This document shows positions 28,889 to 38,128 of a stretch of 64,000 bases of DNA, piece after piece. Position numbers and translations under genes: made by a program. This DNA is from Promethearchaeati archaeon SRVP18_Atabeyarchaeia-1. Lineage in GTDB: Archaea; Asgardarchaeota; Atabeyarchaeia; Atabeyarchaeales; Atabeyarchaeaceae. Below the pieces are notes generated by a model, which was given only the letters and a program-made list of their open reading frames with translations, did not search any database and was not told the DNA's origin. The stretch lies in NCBI GenBank assembly GCA_037308085.1, contig CP147779.1:2528001-2592000 (forward strand), read 5' to 3'. Positions within the stretch are counted from its first letter, which is position 1. Each line of letters opens with the position of its first letter.

Positions 28889-29233
28889 TTGAAGCTCTGG
28901 GTGGATGGAGCGTCGAAAGGAAACCCTGGTCCAGCGAAGGCTAGCGTGGTATTCGAGGAGGGAAAATCAGTCACGATGGATCTTGGCAAGACCACTAACA
29001 ACAGGGCGGAATACGGCGCCTTGATTCTGGCTTTGAAAACGGCCTCCAGCAGGGGTCTAGACGATTTGACGGTTTTTACAGATAGCCAGTTGATAGACGG
29101 GCATCTCAACAAAGGCTGGAAAGTATATGAGAATAGAGACCTAGTCGATGAGGCCAAGGCGCTCGCAATGAAATTCAAGCGGTGCAGGATCGTATGGGTT
29201 CCGAGGGAAGAGAACAAGGCACACTTCGATTAG
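28889..29233 (+). CDS. rnhA: Ribonuclease HI (short form)
   Basis: DGASKGNPGP, TNNRAEY, TDSQL, WVPREEN. Confidence 0.9.
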   Translation: MKLWVDGASKGNPGPAKASVVFEEGKSVTMDLGKTTNNRAEYGALILALKTASSRGLDDLTVFTDSQLIDGHLNKGWKVYENRDLVDEAKALAMKFKRCRIVWVPREENKAHFD

Positions 29234-29276
29234 TTGTGGAATCACTTCGCCTATTTGGTGCGGCGAATCGCTTATG

Positions 29277-29885
29277 TCACTCAACAAGAATTAGGCCGTA
29301 GCTTGCCCAGCTCTGACCGGGATCCGTCTTGACCTCGACGCTCCAGCCAATGTTTCTCACAGTCTGGAAGACATCGATGGAAAGACTTTCGGGCATCGGT
29401 CTAACCTGCATTGGGTGTTGGCATTTCCCTGGCCGTAACGCGCACTCTGCGCACAAACTGCATCTTGAAGGAGGAAGAGCGAATGCCTTGTAGTATCCTT
29501 TCAGCAGTAGTTCTCTCTCTATCCTCGTCGTAATCTCATTGACGGTTTTCTGTCGCCCACTTAAGGCGCTGGCAAACTCTTTGCTGTTTCTTGCATGTTG
29601 TATTTGAGCTTGATCAAACCTCAGGGCTAGGATCTTGCTGTATTCTGAAAGCGCCCTTCTTACTTCGTCGGCTGGTGGAGTAAAGGGAGGACAGATGAGG
29701 GTGCTGGCAAAGCTTGGACAACCAAACTGGCATTTTAACCTCACCCAACTAGCCACGACAACCTGATCGGGAGTGATTAATCTAGCATCTGTGACTCCAA
29801 GATCTAGAGCAATCCTTACTATGGAGGCGTCTTCCTCGGGATTCGATTCTTTGATTTCGCTGTCTTTGACTTTTCCTGGGTGCAA
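29277..29885 (-). CDS. DUF2284 predicted metal-binding protein
   Basis: WVRLKCQFGC, CPP, CSLCAEC...C, RPMPESLSIDV, YGLILVE. Confidence 0.88.
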   Translation of the reverse strand: MHPGKVKDSEIKESNPEEDASIVRIALDLGVTDARLITPDQVVVASWVRLKCQFGCPSFASTLICPPFTPPADEVRRALSEYSKILALRFDQAQIQHARNSKEFASALSGRQKTVNEITTRIERELLLKGYYKAFALPPSRCSLCAECALRPGKCQHPMQVRPMPESLSIDVFQTVRNIGWSVEVKTDPGQSWASYGLILVE

Positions 29886-29991
29886 GCTGGGTTCGACCCC
29901 ACAGGCTCTGGATTATGGGCGCGACGATGAATCTTCTAACTCTTTGTCTCAGAAGCCTCATCTGCAGGCAAGACTCGCTTCGGCAAAGGAG

Positions 29992-30954
29992 TCAGAGTCC
30001 TCCTATGGCACCCTCGTACAATGAGACTTCTCTCGGAATTACCTTTTTGTTGGTAAGAGCATCAGCTTTGTCTTTTGCGGCTTGATTGCCAGACTGGGCA
30101 GCCTTACTATAGCAGTACAGCGCATAGGTCTCCCTGTTTTGTTCCATGTAGACATCTCCAAGCATGTACCAAAGCGCCGGACTGTTGATCTTAGACAGAC
30201 CCTTTTGAAGGATCCTTACAGCGTCATTATATTTCTTGCCCGCTACCGCGACCTCCGCGAGATCTTCCCATCTGCTGAGGTCACCTTGATCAGCTTGTAG
30301 AAGCTTGATCCCCGATCTCAGAGCTCCGTCGTAGTCTCCAGTTTTGGCGTACAGGATGGAGAGGCGCTCGAGCGCACGTTTAGATTCAGTCTTGAGCTGT
30401 GCAGCTCTCTCTGCCGCGGAAACGGCATTACCCAGTTGACCAAGCTTCTCGCAGAAGAATGAGTAGTCATAGAAGAGAGCTGCGTCGTCTTTGTTCATTC
30501 TGATTGCCCGCGTATAGTAGAGTACCGCTTCCTGAATCTTGCCGAACCTCTCGTAGGCTCGTGCAGCCCTTCCCCAAATGGATGGCTCTGAAGGCGATTT
30601 CTTCAACAGAATGTTGTAGCACTCCACTTCCTTTTCGAAGATTCCCCCTTTGGCGTAAGCGCTTGCGAGGTTTGCCAAGATGGAGGATTCCTGTTTTCCC
30701 TCTGGCTTCAGCATCAAGGCCTTGTCGAAGCACTTTACGGCCTTATCATATTCGCCCGCGGAACTGTAGAATTCACCCAGCTTCGACCATATATCGGCTC
30801 CGGTCTCACCAGACTTGACAGCCGATTCGTATTTCTCGATCATTGCGGCGAGTTCTTTCTGCCTTATCTTCTCTTCCTCTTCCTTGCTGTGCGAATCCAC
30901 TGGCTGCGGTCGCTTTGCGGTTGGCCCCTTCTTGCCTTTGCTCAAAACACTCAC
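29992..30954 (-). CDS. Tetratricopeptide repeat protein
   Basis: Repeated W..LG..Y...G.Y..A...F.KA units at 34-aa spacing. Confidence 0.88.
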   Translation of the reverse strand: MSVLSKGKKGPTAKRPQPVDSHSKEEEEKIRQKELAAMIEKYESAVKSGETGADIWSKLGEFYSSAGEYDKAVKCFDKALMLKPEGKQESSILANLASAYAKGGIFEKEVECYNILLKKSPSEPSIWGRAARAYERFGKIQEAVLYYTRAIRMNKDDAALFYDYSFFCEKLGQLGNAVSAAERAAQLKTESKRALERLSILYAKTGDYDGALRSGIKLLQADQGDLSRWEDLAEVAVAGKKYNDAVRILQKGLSKINSPALWYMLGDVYMEQNRETYALYCYSKAAQSGNQAAKDKADALTNKKVIPREVSLYEGAIGGL

Positions 30955-31076
30955 TCCTTCTGCTAGACAAGGGAGGACTCGACCGATAAATGTTGGCTTG
31001 GCGATCCCTAGGATTCACTAGAAAACAATGTAGCTATACTAAAAAAAAGGAGGTAAATGAGGGTTGTGCTTCTTCA

Positions 31077-31970
31077 CTACTTAGGTCCTTTGGCCATTCC
31101 ATAGAATCCGAATGTTAGGGACAGGTACGCAAAGGCCGCCATGATTGGGATGGTTATCAGCTTGAGGAAGACGCCTAACCCAAAGGCGACTACTGTCGGC
31201 AGAAGAGTCGTAATGTCAGGTAGTGCCAGTGAGCCGCCTCCACCCAATGAGGCGAGCACGCCTTCAAGTACGGTTCTCAGGGCCGAGGTTGCATAGTATA
31301 GCGCTGCCATTGACACGAGATTCATTATTGAAACTGTCAGGATTAGCCTACCGCCACGCGTCATCTTTCCGTATGTCCTATTCAGGTTGTTAACGACGCC
31401 CCGCATGAAGATGCCGAATGCAAAGAACACAATCCCCTGAACTAGGAAGATTGTCGTGAAGTTCATGGCCTGCAGAACAACTGAGCCGAGGAGTATCAAA
31501 CTGGTTGTTGACAAACCTGAAACCGCGACCTGGTCTAGTGTTGACATTATCGGAGGTAAGAGGGTGAACCGTACATAGTACGCCACTCCTGCAAAAGCAA
31601 AGGCTGCGATCGCACCGATTATGGCGCTAATACCAGCTTCCTTCATCTTGACTCTCACAAGGATCAGTGCTACTCCAATGAAGGCGAAGGCTACCACGTC
31701 CAAGTAGAGCATCAGGCTGATGCTCGACGCTGCACTGCCTACCCGTGATACGATTTCGCCCAAGACTGGGAGCGCCGCACTGAAGTTTAGTCCCGTAGAT
31801 GAGACAATCGAGAAGATGCTCCAGATGCCTGACACTATCAGGAAGGCAGTGAACGCATTGATTATGAAGAGAATTGAAGCTGCAGCAACCCCAAGACCGC
31901 CAAGTGCTCCGACGCCTGCTCCCGATCCTCCTATTGCCACTACTTTCACTGGTTTGGATTTTTCGCCCAT
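31077..31970 (-). CDS. Multi-pass membrane protein of unknown function
   Basis: Long ORF with about 6 hydrophobic helices; lies 7 bp from the upstream gene. Confidence 0.8.
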   Translation of the reverse strand: MGEKSKPVKVVAIGGSGAGVGALGGLGVAAASILFIINAFTAFLIVSGIWSIFSIVSSTGLNFSAALPVLGEIVSRVGSAASSISLMLYLDVVAFAFIGVALILVRVKMKEAGISAIIGAIAAFAFAGVAYYVRFTLLPPIMSTLDQVAVSGLSTTSLILLGSVVLQAMNFTTIFLVQGIVFFAFGIFMRGVVNNLNRTYGKMTRGGRLILTVSIMNLVSMAALYYATSALRTVLEGVLASLGGGGSLALPDITTLLPTVVAFGLGVFLKLITIPIMAAFAYLSLTFGFYGMAKGPK

Positions 31971-31977
31971 TTTCGAC

Positions 31978-32793
31978 TCACCTTTTCCTCACGTAGATCA
32001 CGACTCCGAAGAGCGCTGAGACTCCAAGCAAAACTCCAACGGCAATGAGCCAGTATGTCAGGTCGCCGCCCATGTTCCAAGCAAAGGGTATGACGTTTGT
32101 GCTAGTCATAACTATTGGGAATGTGAAGGGAAGGCTTCCCAGTGCACCGAGTCCACCCATTCCGCCAAAGATCTTCGTAAGGTTCAGAATAATATTCAGC
32201 GCCATGAGCACGCCCGAGCCACTGTCGTAGTATTTGATGACCGGCACGCCTGAGGAATTCAACGGGGGCGGCAAGGGTAGCGACGCGATGACGTCAGAGA
32301 CCATAGAGCATGACCGACCGCCTATCGAAGCATTCGCAGGTGGCAGGGCGCCAATGTCGTCAGCCCATAGAACTGTTGGTGATCCGAAGTGTTCCAAGCC
32401 AAAGAGATCGTAACCGCCTGCACCATCGATATGGCTGTCGGATAGCCTTATCGTCTCGGTGCCTTTCGTGCCCCCACTGCCGGCGCCCAGCACAGTGTTG
32501 TTGAAATTGATGTACACGCTGATGTTCCAGCCTCCACTTATCGTAACGTGGGTGAGTGTGGTGCCTGACATGCTCCAATTGAATGCCATAAGTGCTGTTA
32601 CTCTAAAGTATCCAGGCTGACCTGCCGTTATCCCCCAAGATGATGAATCTATGTTGAACCCTCCGAGATAGGTCGCGTATTTTCCGTCGCCGACCCAAGA
32701 CTGGGCTGTCGCGGTTGCGGGAGTCGCCACAACCAATCCCAGAAATGTGCAGAGAAGTAGAATCCCGATGAGTCTAGACTTGACTTTGTTCAA
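31978..32793 (-). CDS. Secreted, C-terminally membrane-anchored hypothetical protein
   Basis: Signal peptide, YYDSGSGVLM motif, N-x-S/T sequons, and a C-terminal TM followed by RKR. Confidence 0.8.
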   Translation of the reverse strand: MNKVKSRLIGILLLCTFLGLVVATPATATAQSWVGDGKYATYLGGFNIDSSSWGITAGQPGYFRVTALMAFNWSMSGTTLTHVTISGGWNISVYINFNNTVLGAGSGGTKGTETIRLSDSHIDGAGGYDLFGLEHFGSPTVLWADDIGALPPANASIGGRSCSMVSDVIASLPLPPPLNSSGVPVIKYYDSGSGVLMALNIILNLTKIFGGMGGLGALGSLPFTFPIVMTSTNVIPFAWNMGGDLTYWLIAVGVLLGVSALFGVVIYVRKR

Positions 32794-32960
32794 CTGGTGA
32801 TTTCACTCTCTATTAGAAGTAGTTCTCATTGATGACTAGTCGGCAATCGGGCAATTTAAGCTTTACCAGAGAAGAAGCCGATTCAAAAAGGTGTAAGAGA
32901 GAATCGCAGTGTGCAGGTTGGAGAAATAGGGGACAACGTATAAATGAAGTGAGGGGTAGG

Positions 32961-33476
32961 CTACGCCTTGCCCTCTTCAGTAACTGGAAGCTCTCTGATG
33001 CACCTTATCTCAGTGACGCACGATTGCCCCCCCGATGTTCTGCACTGAATCTCTCTTCCAATTCCTTCGAATCCCCTGAGAGTAAGAACCTCGAGGAATA
33101 CTCCAGCTATTGAATTACAGTACTTTAGATCCTTGTACTCGGGTGCCAACGTCACTCCCCGGCACATGGGACAGTCCTTGTCCTCGAAGATAATTCGTTC
33201 TCCTTCTGCGTCATTTATGTAAGTGACTTTGTCGAACTCCTTGCCGAAATTGTACTTGTAGGCAAGGTTCAAGGTGTCCTTAAATTCCTTGAAGGAGGCT
33301 GCGTGTTTCGCAACGGAGTCATGGAATCTGGCAAGGAGTTTTGGTGCCATCGCTCTTCCTTTTGCCAGGATGTCTTCATTTGTCTTCGGCACGTTTCCAT
33401 CGTTGACTTGAAGCAGAAGCTCGACCAATGTTCCATACAGAGCCTGCAGTAAGGTCAGGTTAGTTTTCTCGGCCAT
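32961..33476 (-). CDS. V4R (4-vinyl reductase / Bet3-TRAPP-related fold) domain protein
   Basis: G...A..L helix, then CPMC...YC..IAGVF...EIQCR..G...C. GGAGGT Shine-Dalgarno before the ATG at 33476. Confidence 0.82.
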   Translation of the reverse strand: MAEKTNLTLLQALYGTLVELLLQVNDGNVPKTNEDILAKGRAMAPKLLARFHDSVAKHAASFKEFKDTLNLAYKYNFGKEFDKVTYINDAEGERIIFEDKDCPMCRGVTLAPEYKDLKYCNSIAGVFLEVLTLRGFEGIGREIQCRTSGGQSCVTEIRCIRELPVTEEGKA

Positions 33477-33518
33477 GAACCTCCATGCGATTCTGCCCCT
33501 CATTCCCAATTGAATTCT

Positions 33519-34274
33519 CTACCCCCTGATTATTTCTTTCAAATCTACTTTGCCTTGGTTCTTGTACTTGTTTGCGATCTGCAGGGCATCAAAGAAGGGA
33601 ACCCTAAGTCTCTTAGCGATATCATTCAGACTCAGTTTACCGTCAAACAGCTCGAGGAATTTCCGGTCCTTTTCCGGGCACCTCTCCAAGATCTTAAAGT
33701 CCGTCAAGACTGGAACCATGACTCGCTCAGTTAATTTGCCCTTGGCTGGTACCGACGCTGCCACCGGAGCAACTTGAGGCGCGTTGACTACACTCGCGGT
33801 CGGCTGAGGAGGAGGTGCTGGAGTCTCAGGCTCCTCAATTGTGTTTTCCGCAGGCAGAGGAGGGCTTGACTCAGTTTCAACTACTGCTTCCTTGGAAGCC
33901 TGCTCGCCACCTGGCTTCGCTTCCTCAAGCAGGATAAGCTCATCTAGAAGCTTTCCGAATTTGTCTCTCAGCGAGCTCATCTTAGTGAGTACGATTCCTA
34001 TTTTCTTGTCTGTTATAACTATTAAGATCGCTTTGTTGGAGACCCTTGAGGCTATGATCGTCTTTGAGGCATCCAATGCCAGGGACAAGTTGTCTCCCTG
34101 CCCCATCATAAGTAGGCTGTCGTAGAATGGCGAGATCTTGGCCATTGCAGTCTTGCTTAGATCAGTGTAGAGCACTCTGCCCGAAGTTGAGACCACAGCC
34201 ATTTCAAGGACCGTAGGTATACCTAGGGTCGTCAGTTCTTTTCTGATAGCTTCGGAAAGGCTAGCTAGGCTCAA
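33519..34274 (-). CDS. Roadblock/longin-like N-terminal domain, Pro-rich linker and C-terminal winged helix
   Basis: AVVSTSGRVLYT...AILIVITDKKIGIVL alpha/beta pattern, PEST-like linker, and LELFDGKLSLNDIAKRL helix-turn-helix. Confidence 0.62.
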   Translation of the reverse strand: MSLASLSEAIRKELTTLGIPTVLEMAVVSTSGRVLYTDLSKTAMAKISPFYDSLLMMGQGDNLSLALDASKTIIASRVSNKAILIVITDKKIGIVLTKMSSLRDKFGKLLDELILLEEAKPGGEQASKEAVVETESSPPLPAENTIEEPETPAPPPQPTASVVNAPQVAPVAASVPAKGKLTERVMVPVLTDFKILERCPEKDRKFLELFDGKLSLNDIAKRLRVPFFDALQIANKYKNQGKVDLKEIIRG

Positions 34275-34482
34275 AGGTGATGCCCCACAGCTCCTGAAAG
34301 CACATCTACATTCAAAATAGGTTGAATTGTTCAGCCTTATTGATTTTTCCCTAGATGCGATCGATCTGTCCTTCCACTTCACGCTCATCGCAAGAAGAAA
34401 GAGGCGTCACCAGAAATTCAACTGCATCCTTTCCCATGATTGTTTGCCAACCTATCCATTACGCTTAAATAACTGATGCGAT

Positions 34483-34498
34483 ATGTCGTATTCGATAT
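34483..34498 (+). promoter_or_regulatory. Putative PadR operator ATGTCGTATTCGATAT downstream of TATA (CTTAAATA, 34464)
   Basis: Imperfect palindrome matching two copies upstream of the ABC ATPase. Confidence 0.65.
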
Positions 34499-34525
34499 TT
34501 GCGCGTGCCGCATGGGGTGTTCTCG

Positions 34526-35092
34526 ATGAGCTCGCGAGTACCACACACAGTGCCGCGAGGGCTTCTAAGATTCTACATACTCTCGCTTCTGACAAAGAAA
34601 CCCATGAAGGGCTATGAAATAATCAGGGACATAGAGGACAGAACATCTGGCGTTTGGAAACCCGGGCCAGGCTCAATATATCCAATGCTCGAATCTATGA
34701 AGAAGGAAGGCATGGTACAGGCAAGTCCCTCCCCGAAGGGTGGGATGAGGCCAAGAAGGGGAACAAGCCTCCAAATCACTGAAAAGGGGAAAGGAGAGCT
34801 AAGCCGGTTCAGGGAAAACCTCAAGCATGGAATGCCTGCCCGGGCCAGGAGCCTCTACCTCGTGTTTGCGGACATAGCCTACCCCGGGCTCGAGTTTGAC
34901 GAGGTGATGCTTGCTGAGCGCAAGAGAGAGGTTGAGAGACTTCAAACGGTCTTCGGCGACGAGTATTGGGGCACTGTTTCAGCGGAAAAGAAGAGGCGGT
35001 TCATTGAGAGATACGCGAAAATTCTTCAAGAAGAGCTGGAACTAGTGAAAACCAAGCTAGGTTCTGCTCATGAAGATAATGGCAAAGCTTAA
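34526..35092 (+). CDS. PadR-family transcriptional regulator
   Basis: RGLLRFYILSLL..KPMKGYEI, WKPGPGSIYPML, ITEKG. Confidence 0.92.
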   Translation: MSSRVPHTVPRGLLRFYILSLLTKKPMKGYEIIRDIEDRTSGVWKPGPGSIYPMLESMKKEGMVQASPSPKGGMRPRRGTSLQITEKGKGELSRFRENLKHGMPARARSLYLVFADIAYPGLEFDEVMLAERKREVERLQTVFGDEYWGTVSAEKKRRFIERYAKILQEELELVKTKLGSAHEDNGKA

Positions 35093-35120
35093 ATATCTAA
35101 TACGATATCTAACACGACAT
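35093..35120 (-). promoter_or_regulatory. Two overlapping putative PadR operators (ATATCGTATTAGATAT, ATGTCGTGTTAGATAT) at the ABC promoter
   Basis: 35093-35108 and 35105-35120, 12 bp apart, overlapping the TATA-like CTTAAATA. Each is 14/16 identical to the site at 34483. Confidence 0.68.
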
Positions 35121-35161
35121 TACTAACAGGTAACAAACAAACAAACTTTCCACAGGATGGA

Positions 35162-36331
35162 ATGGAAATGGCTAACGCAATAGAAGTAGCAAAACTCACA
35201 AAAATCTATCCCGGAGGACTCAAGGCAGTCGACGAAGTCTCCTTCAACATAGAAGAAGGGGAGATATTCGGTTTCCTAGGTCCCAACGGAGCAGGGAAAA
35301 CAACCACCATCATGATGCTGATCACACTAACAAATCCCACTAGCGGGACTGCGAAGATCCGCGGACATGACATCCAAACTGAGAGAGACGCAGTTAGAAA
35401 TTGCATTGGATACGTTAGTCAGGATGTCGCAGTGGACGACCAGCTCACAGGACGAGAGAACATATTGCTTCAAGGAAAATTCTACCACCTGCCCAAAGAT
35501 ACGCTCAAGCAACGCAGCGATGAGGTTCTTGAGATGCTCGATTTGACGGATAGAGCAAAGGACAAAGTTGAAACGTACTCTGGTGGCATGCGAAAACGCC
35601 TAGACATAGCTGAAGGGCTGATTCACAGGCCGGAAGTCTTGTTCCTGGACGAGCCAACACTTGGGCTGGACATTCAGACAAGGGAGAGGATCCACGAATA
35701 CATCAGACGTCTACAAAAAGAGAAGAATATGACGATATTTATTACGACGCACTATATGGAGGAAGCCGACCAGCTATGCGACAGGGTCGCTATAATAGAT
35801 CATGGACAAATAAAAGCCATGGGCGACCCGGAGACACTCAAGGGTGGTGTCGGCGGCGATGTGGTCACCTTGAAGATCGCACCTGAATCCAAAGACAAGA
35901 TACAGGAAACGCTAGCCGAGATCAAGAAACAGCCATTCTTTGAGAATATAATAGAGGTAAAGACAGGACCACCCGAAATACCGCCTCAAGTTGCTGAGAT
36001 GATGAAGAAAACGGCGGGTAAGGGTGGCGGTCTCGCAGCGATGGCTGGAAAAATCGACCCAGAGATTTTGAAGTCCATGCAGGCAACCAGGAAGTCAGGG
36101 ATCAACGGAGACAACGTCTTTAACATCATCGTAAAGGATGGCGCAACAGCCCTTCCTCAGATATTCAAAGTAGCGGAGAATATGGGAGCTATAATAGCTA
36201 GCATATCGGTGAAAAGGCCATCTCTCGATGATGTGTTCCTTGCGTATACTGGAAGAGCACTACGTGAAGAGGAAGGCAGCAGGATGGAACATATGATGCA
36301 AGCATTCAGAATGAGGAGAGCGAGACAATAA
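35162..36331 (+). CDS. ABC exporter ATP-binding subunit (DrrA-like)
   Basis: GPNGAGKTT, YSGGMRKRL, LFLDEPT, TTHYMEEAD, PSLDDVFL. Confidence 0.95.
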   Translation: MEMANAIEVAKLTKIYPGGLKAVDEVSFNIEEGEIFGFLGPNGAGKTTTIMMLITLTNPTSGTAKIRGHDIQTERDAVRNCIGYVSQDVAVDDQLTGRENILLQGKFYHLPKDTLKQRSDEVLEMLDLTDRAKDKVETYSGGMRKRLDIAEGLIHRPEVLFLDEPTLGLDIQTRERIHEYIRRLQKEKNMTIFITTHYMEEADQLCDRVAIIDHGQIKAMGDPETLKGGVGGDVVTLKIAPESKDKIQETLAEIKKQPFFENIIEVKTGPPEIPPQVAEMMKKTAGKGGGLAAMAGKIDPEILKSMQATRKSGINGDNVFNIIVKDGATALPQIFKVAENMGAIIASISVKRPSLDDVFLAYTGRALREEEGSRMEHMMQAFRMRRARQ

Positions 36332-37149
36332 TGGTATCACGAGCACTTCAAGACACATGGTATGTGTGCTGGAGAGAGCTTAAGCACTTCGTCAGATCAA
36401 GGGCACTGGTACTAACAACCCTAATCACGCCTTTCATATGGCTGGCATTCATGGGTAACATGTTCAATTTCGGCAGTCTTAACCTTGGATTCCCGCTACC
36501 ACCCGGCTTCAATCTCACACAGCTAATCTTCGGCGCAGCAAGCTACTTGGCGTTCTTCACACCAGGCATAATAACGATGACTACACTCATGGGCGGGATA
36601 ATGGGAGGGAACACAATAGTCTGGGATCGCCGACTCGGGTTTCTCAACAAGATGCTAGCGGCACCCATTTCGAGGACATCCATAGCCACAGGCAAGATAA
36701 TCGCGTCGAGTATCAGGACAGGTATGCAAGCAGGGATAATAGGCTTGATAGCCGTTTTTGCGCTGGGCGTGCCAGTGGCGACTGGTCCGATAGGATTTGT
36801 CCTAGCAATACTGATAGGCATGTTGCTGGGTTTGGGTTTCGCAAGTCTGTCTATGGCAATAGCGGCTACACTCAAGAACATGGAAACCATGTTTGCTGTA
36901 ATGCAATTGCTCATGTTTCCACTTCTATTCATGAGTCCTGCGATGTTCCCATTGAGTATGATGCCATCATGGCTAAACACGGCGGCGAGCTTCAATCCGG
37001 TGACCTACGGAGTACTTCCAATAAGAGCACTGTTCATAAATGACTGGGGCACCTTCTTTGGTCTTCTGCCAGATCTCGCCGTAATAGGAGTATTCTCTTT
37101 GGTCATGATAACCATCGCGACCGCCCTCTTCAGGAGAAGCGTTTCCTAA
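36331..37149 (+). CDS. ABC-2 type permease
   Basis: WRELK, YLAFFTPG, DRRLGFLNKMLAAP, FNPVTY; six TM helices. Confidence 0.92.
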   Translation: MVSRALQDTWYVCWRELKHFVRSRALVLTTLITPFIWLAFMGNMFNFGSLNLGFPLPPGFNLTQLIFGAASYLAFFTPGIITMTTLMGGIMGGNTIVWDRRLGFLNKMLAAPISRTSIATGKIIASSIRTGMQAGIIGLIAVFALGVPVATGPIGFVLAILIGMLLGLGFASLSMAIAATLKNMETMFAVMQLLMFPLLFMSPAMFPLSMMPSWLNTAASFNPVTYGVLPIRALFINDWGTFFGLLPDLAVIGVFSLVMITIATALFRRSVS

Positions 37150-37336
37150 GGTAAACCCCTATTCCTTCCTTTTTCTTTGAAAGCCTTTTTTTGGAGTTCG
37201 CCCCAGTAGCCCGCCTTCCGCCAGCGTCTCTCGCACAGAACAATCATGGTTCCGCAACCTATATTGTCGGGTTTGATCACCATATGAAACGTGTCGCGCT
37301 GATCAAAAGCAGAATTGTGATGTGGTGTTTTAGACA

Positions 37337-38116
37337 ATGGTCGTCCGATTTCTTAATGACACTTGGAACGTCTGTTGGAGGGAGTTGATATATTTCCGAA
37401 GGTCGAGGAGCGCGATGTTTTCAACCTTGATCCAGCCTATCGCGTGGCTTGCATTCATGGGAAACATCTTCCAGTTACCGGAAAACATCATGCAGGGATA
37501 TTTTGGCACGGCAACATATCTTCAGTTCTTTACCCCAACCGTCGTGGTAATGGTCGCGGTTTTGGGGGGGATTCTTGGAGGCTATTCAATAATTACCGAT
37601 GTCCAGAAAGGGTTTTTCCGCAAGATGCTTGTTGCTCCAATTGCTAGAGGAGGTATAGCGGCAGGCAAGACACTCTCCTTCAGTCTGAAGGTCGGCGCAC
37701 AAGCACTAATAATCTGTGGGATAGCACTCTTTATGGGCGTGACAGTATCTAGTAGTCTCCCTGGCATCGTAGCCGTGATTTTGATCGCGATGCTCCTTAG
37801 TTTCGCGTTTGGTGGTTTGTCCCTCGCGGTCGCAATCTCAGCGAAGAACATCGAGGCTCACCAAGCGATCCTGAACATGCTCGCCCTGCCCTTGGTTTTT
37901 CTGAGCCCGTCCATATCGTCCTTCCAGTCCATGCCGTCTTGGTTTGCCACCATAGCCAGGTTTAATCCAGTGACTTATGCCATAGAGCCGATTCGGACAA
38001 TCATGACCAGTGGATGGGATTTGGCTATCATTCTGCCAGATCTTCTCGTTGTCGGAGCCTTTTCAGCGGTAATGATATCCCTCGCGACCATGCTCTTCAG
38101 AAGATGGAGGATCTAG
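37337..38116 (+). CDS. ABC-2 type permease (second paralog)
   Basis: DTWNVCWREL, YLQFFTP, GFFRKMLVAP, FNPVTYA. Confidence 0.92.
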   Translation: MVVRFLNDTWNVCWRELIYFRRSRSAMFSTLIQPIAWLAFMGNIFQLPENIMQGYFGTATYLQFFTPTVVVMVAVLGGILGGYSIITDVQKGFFRKMLVAPIARGGIAAGKTLSFSLKVGAQALIICGIALFMGVTVSSSLPGIVAVILIAMLLSFAFGGLSLAVAISAKNIEAHQAILNMLALPLVFLSPSISSFQSMPSWFATIARFNPVTYAIEPIRTIMTSGWDLAIILPDLLVVGAFSAVMISLATMLFRRWRI

Positions 38117-38128
38117 GGAACCCGTCTC

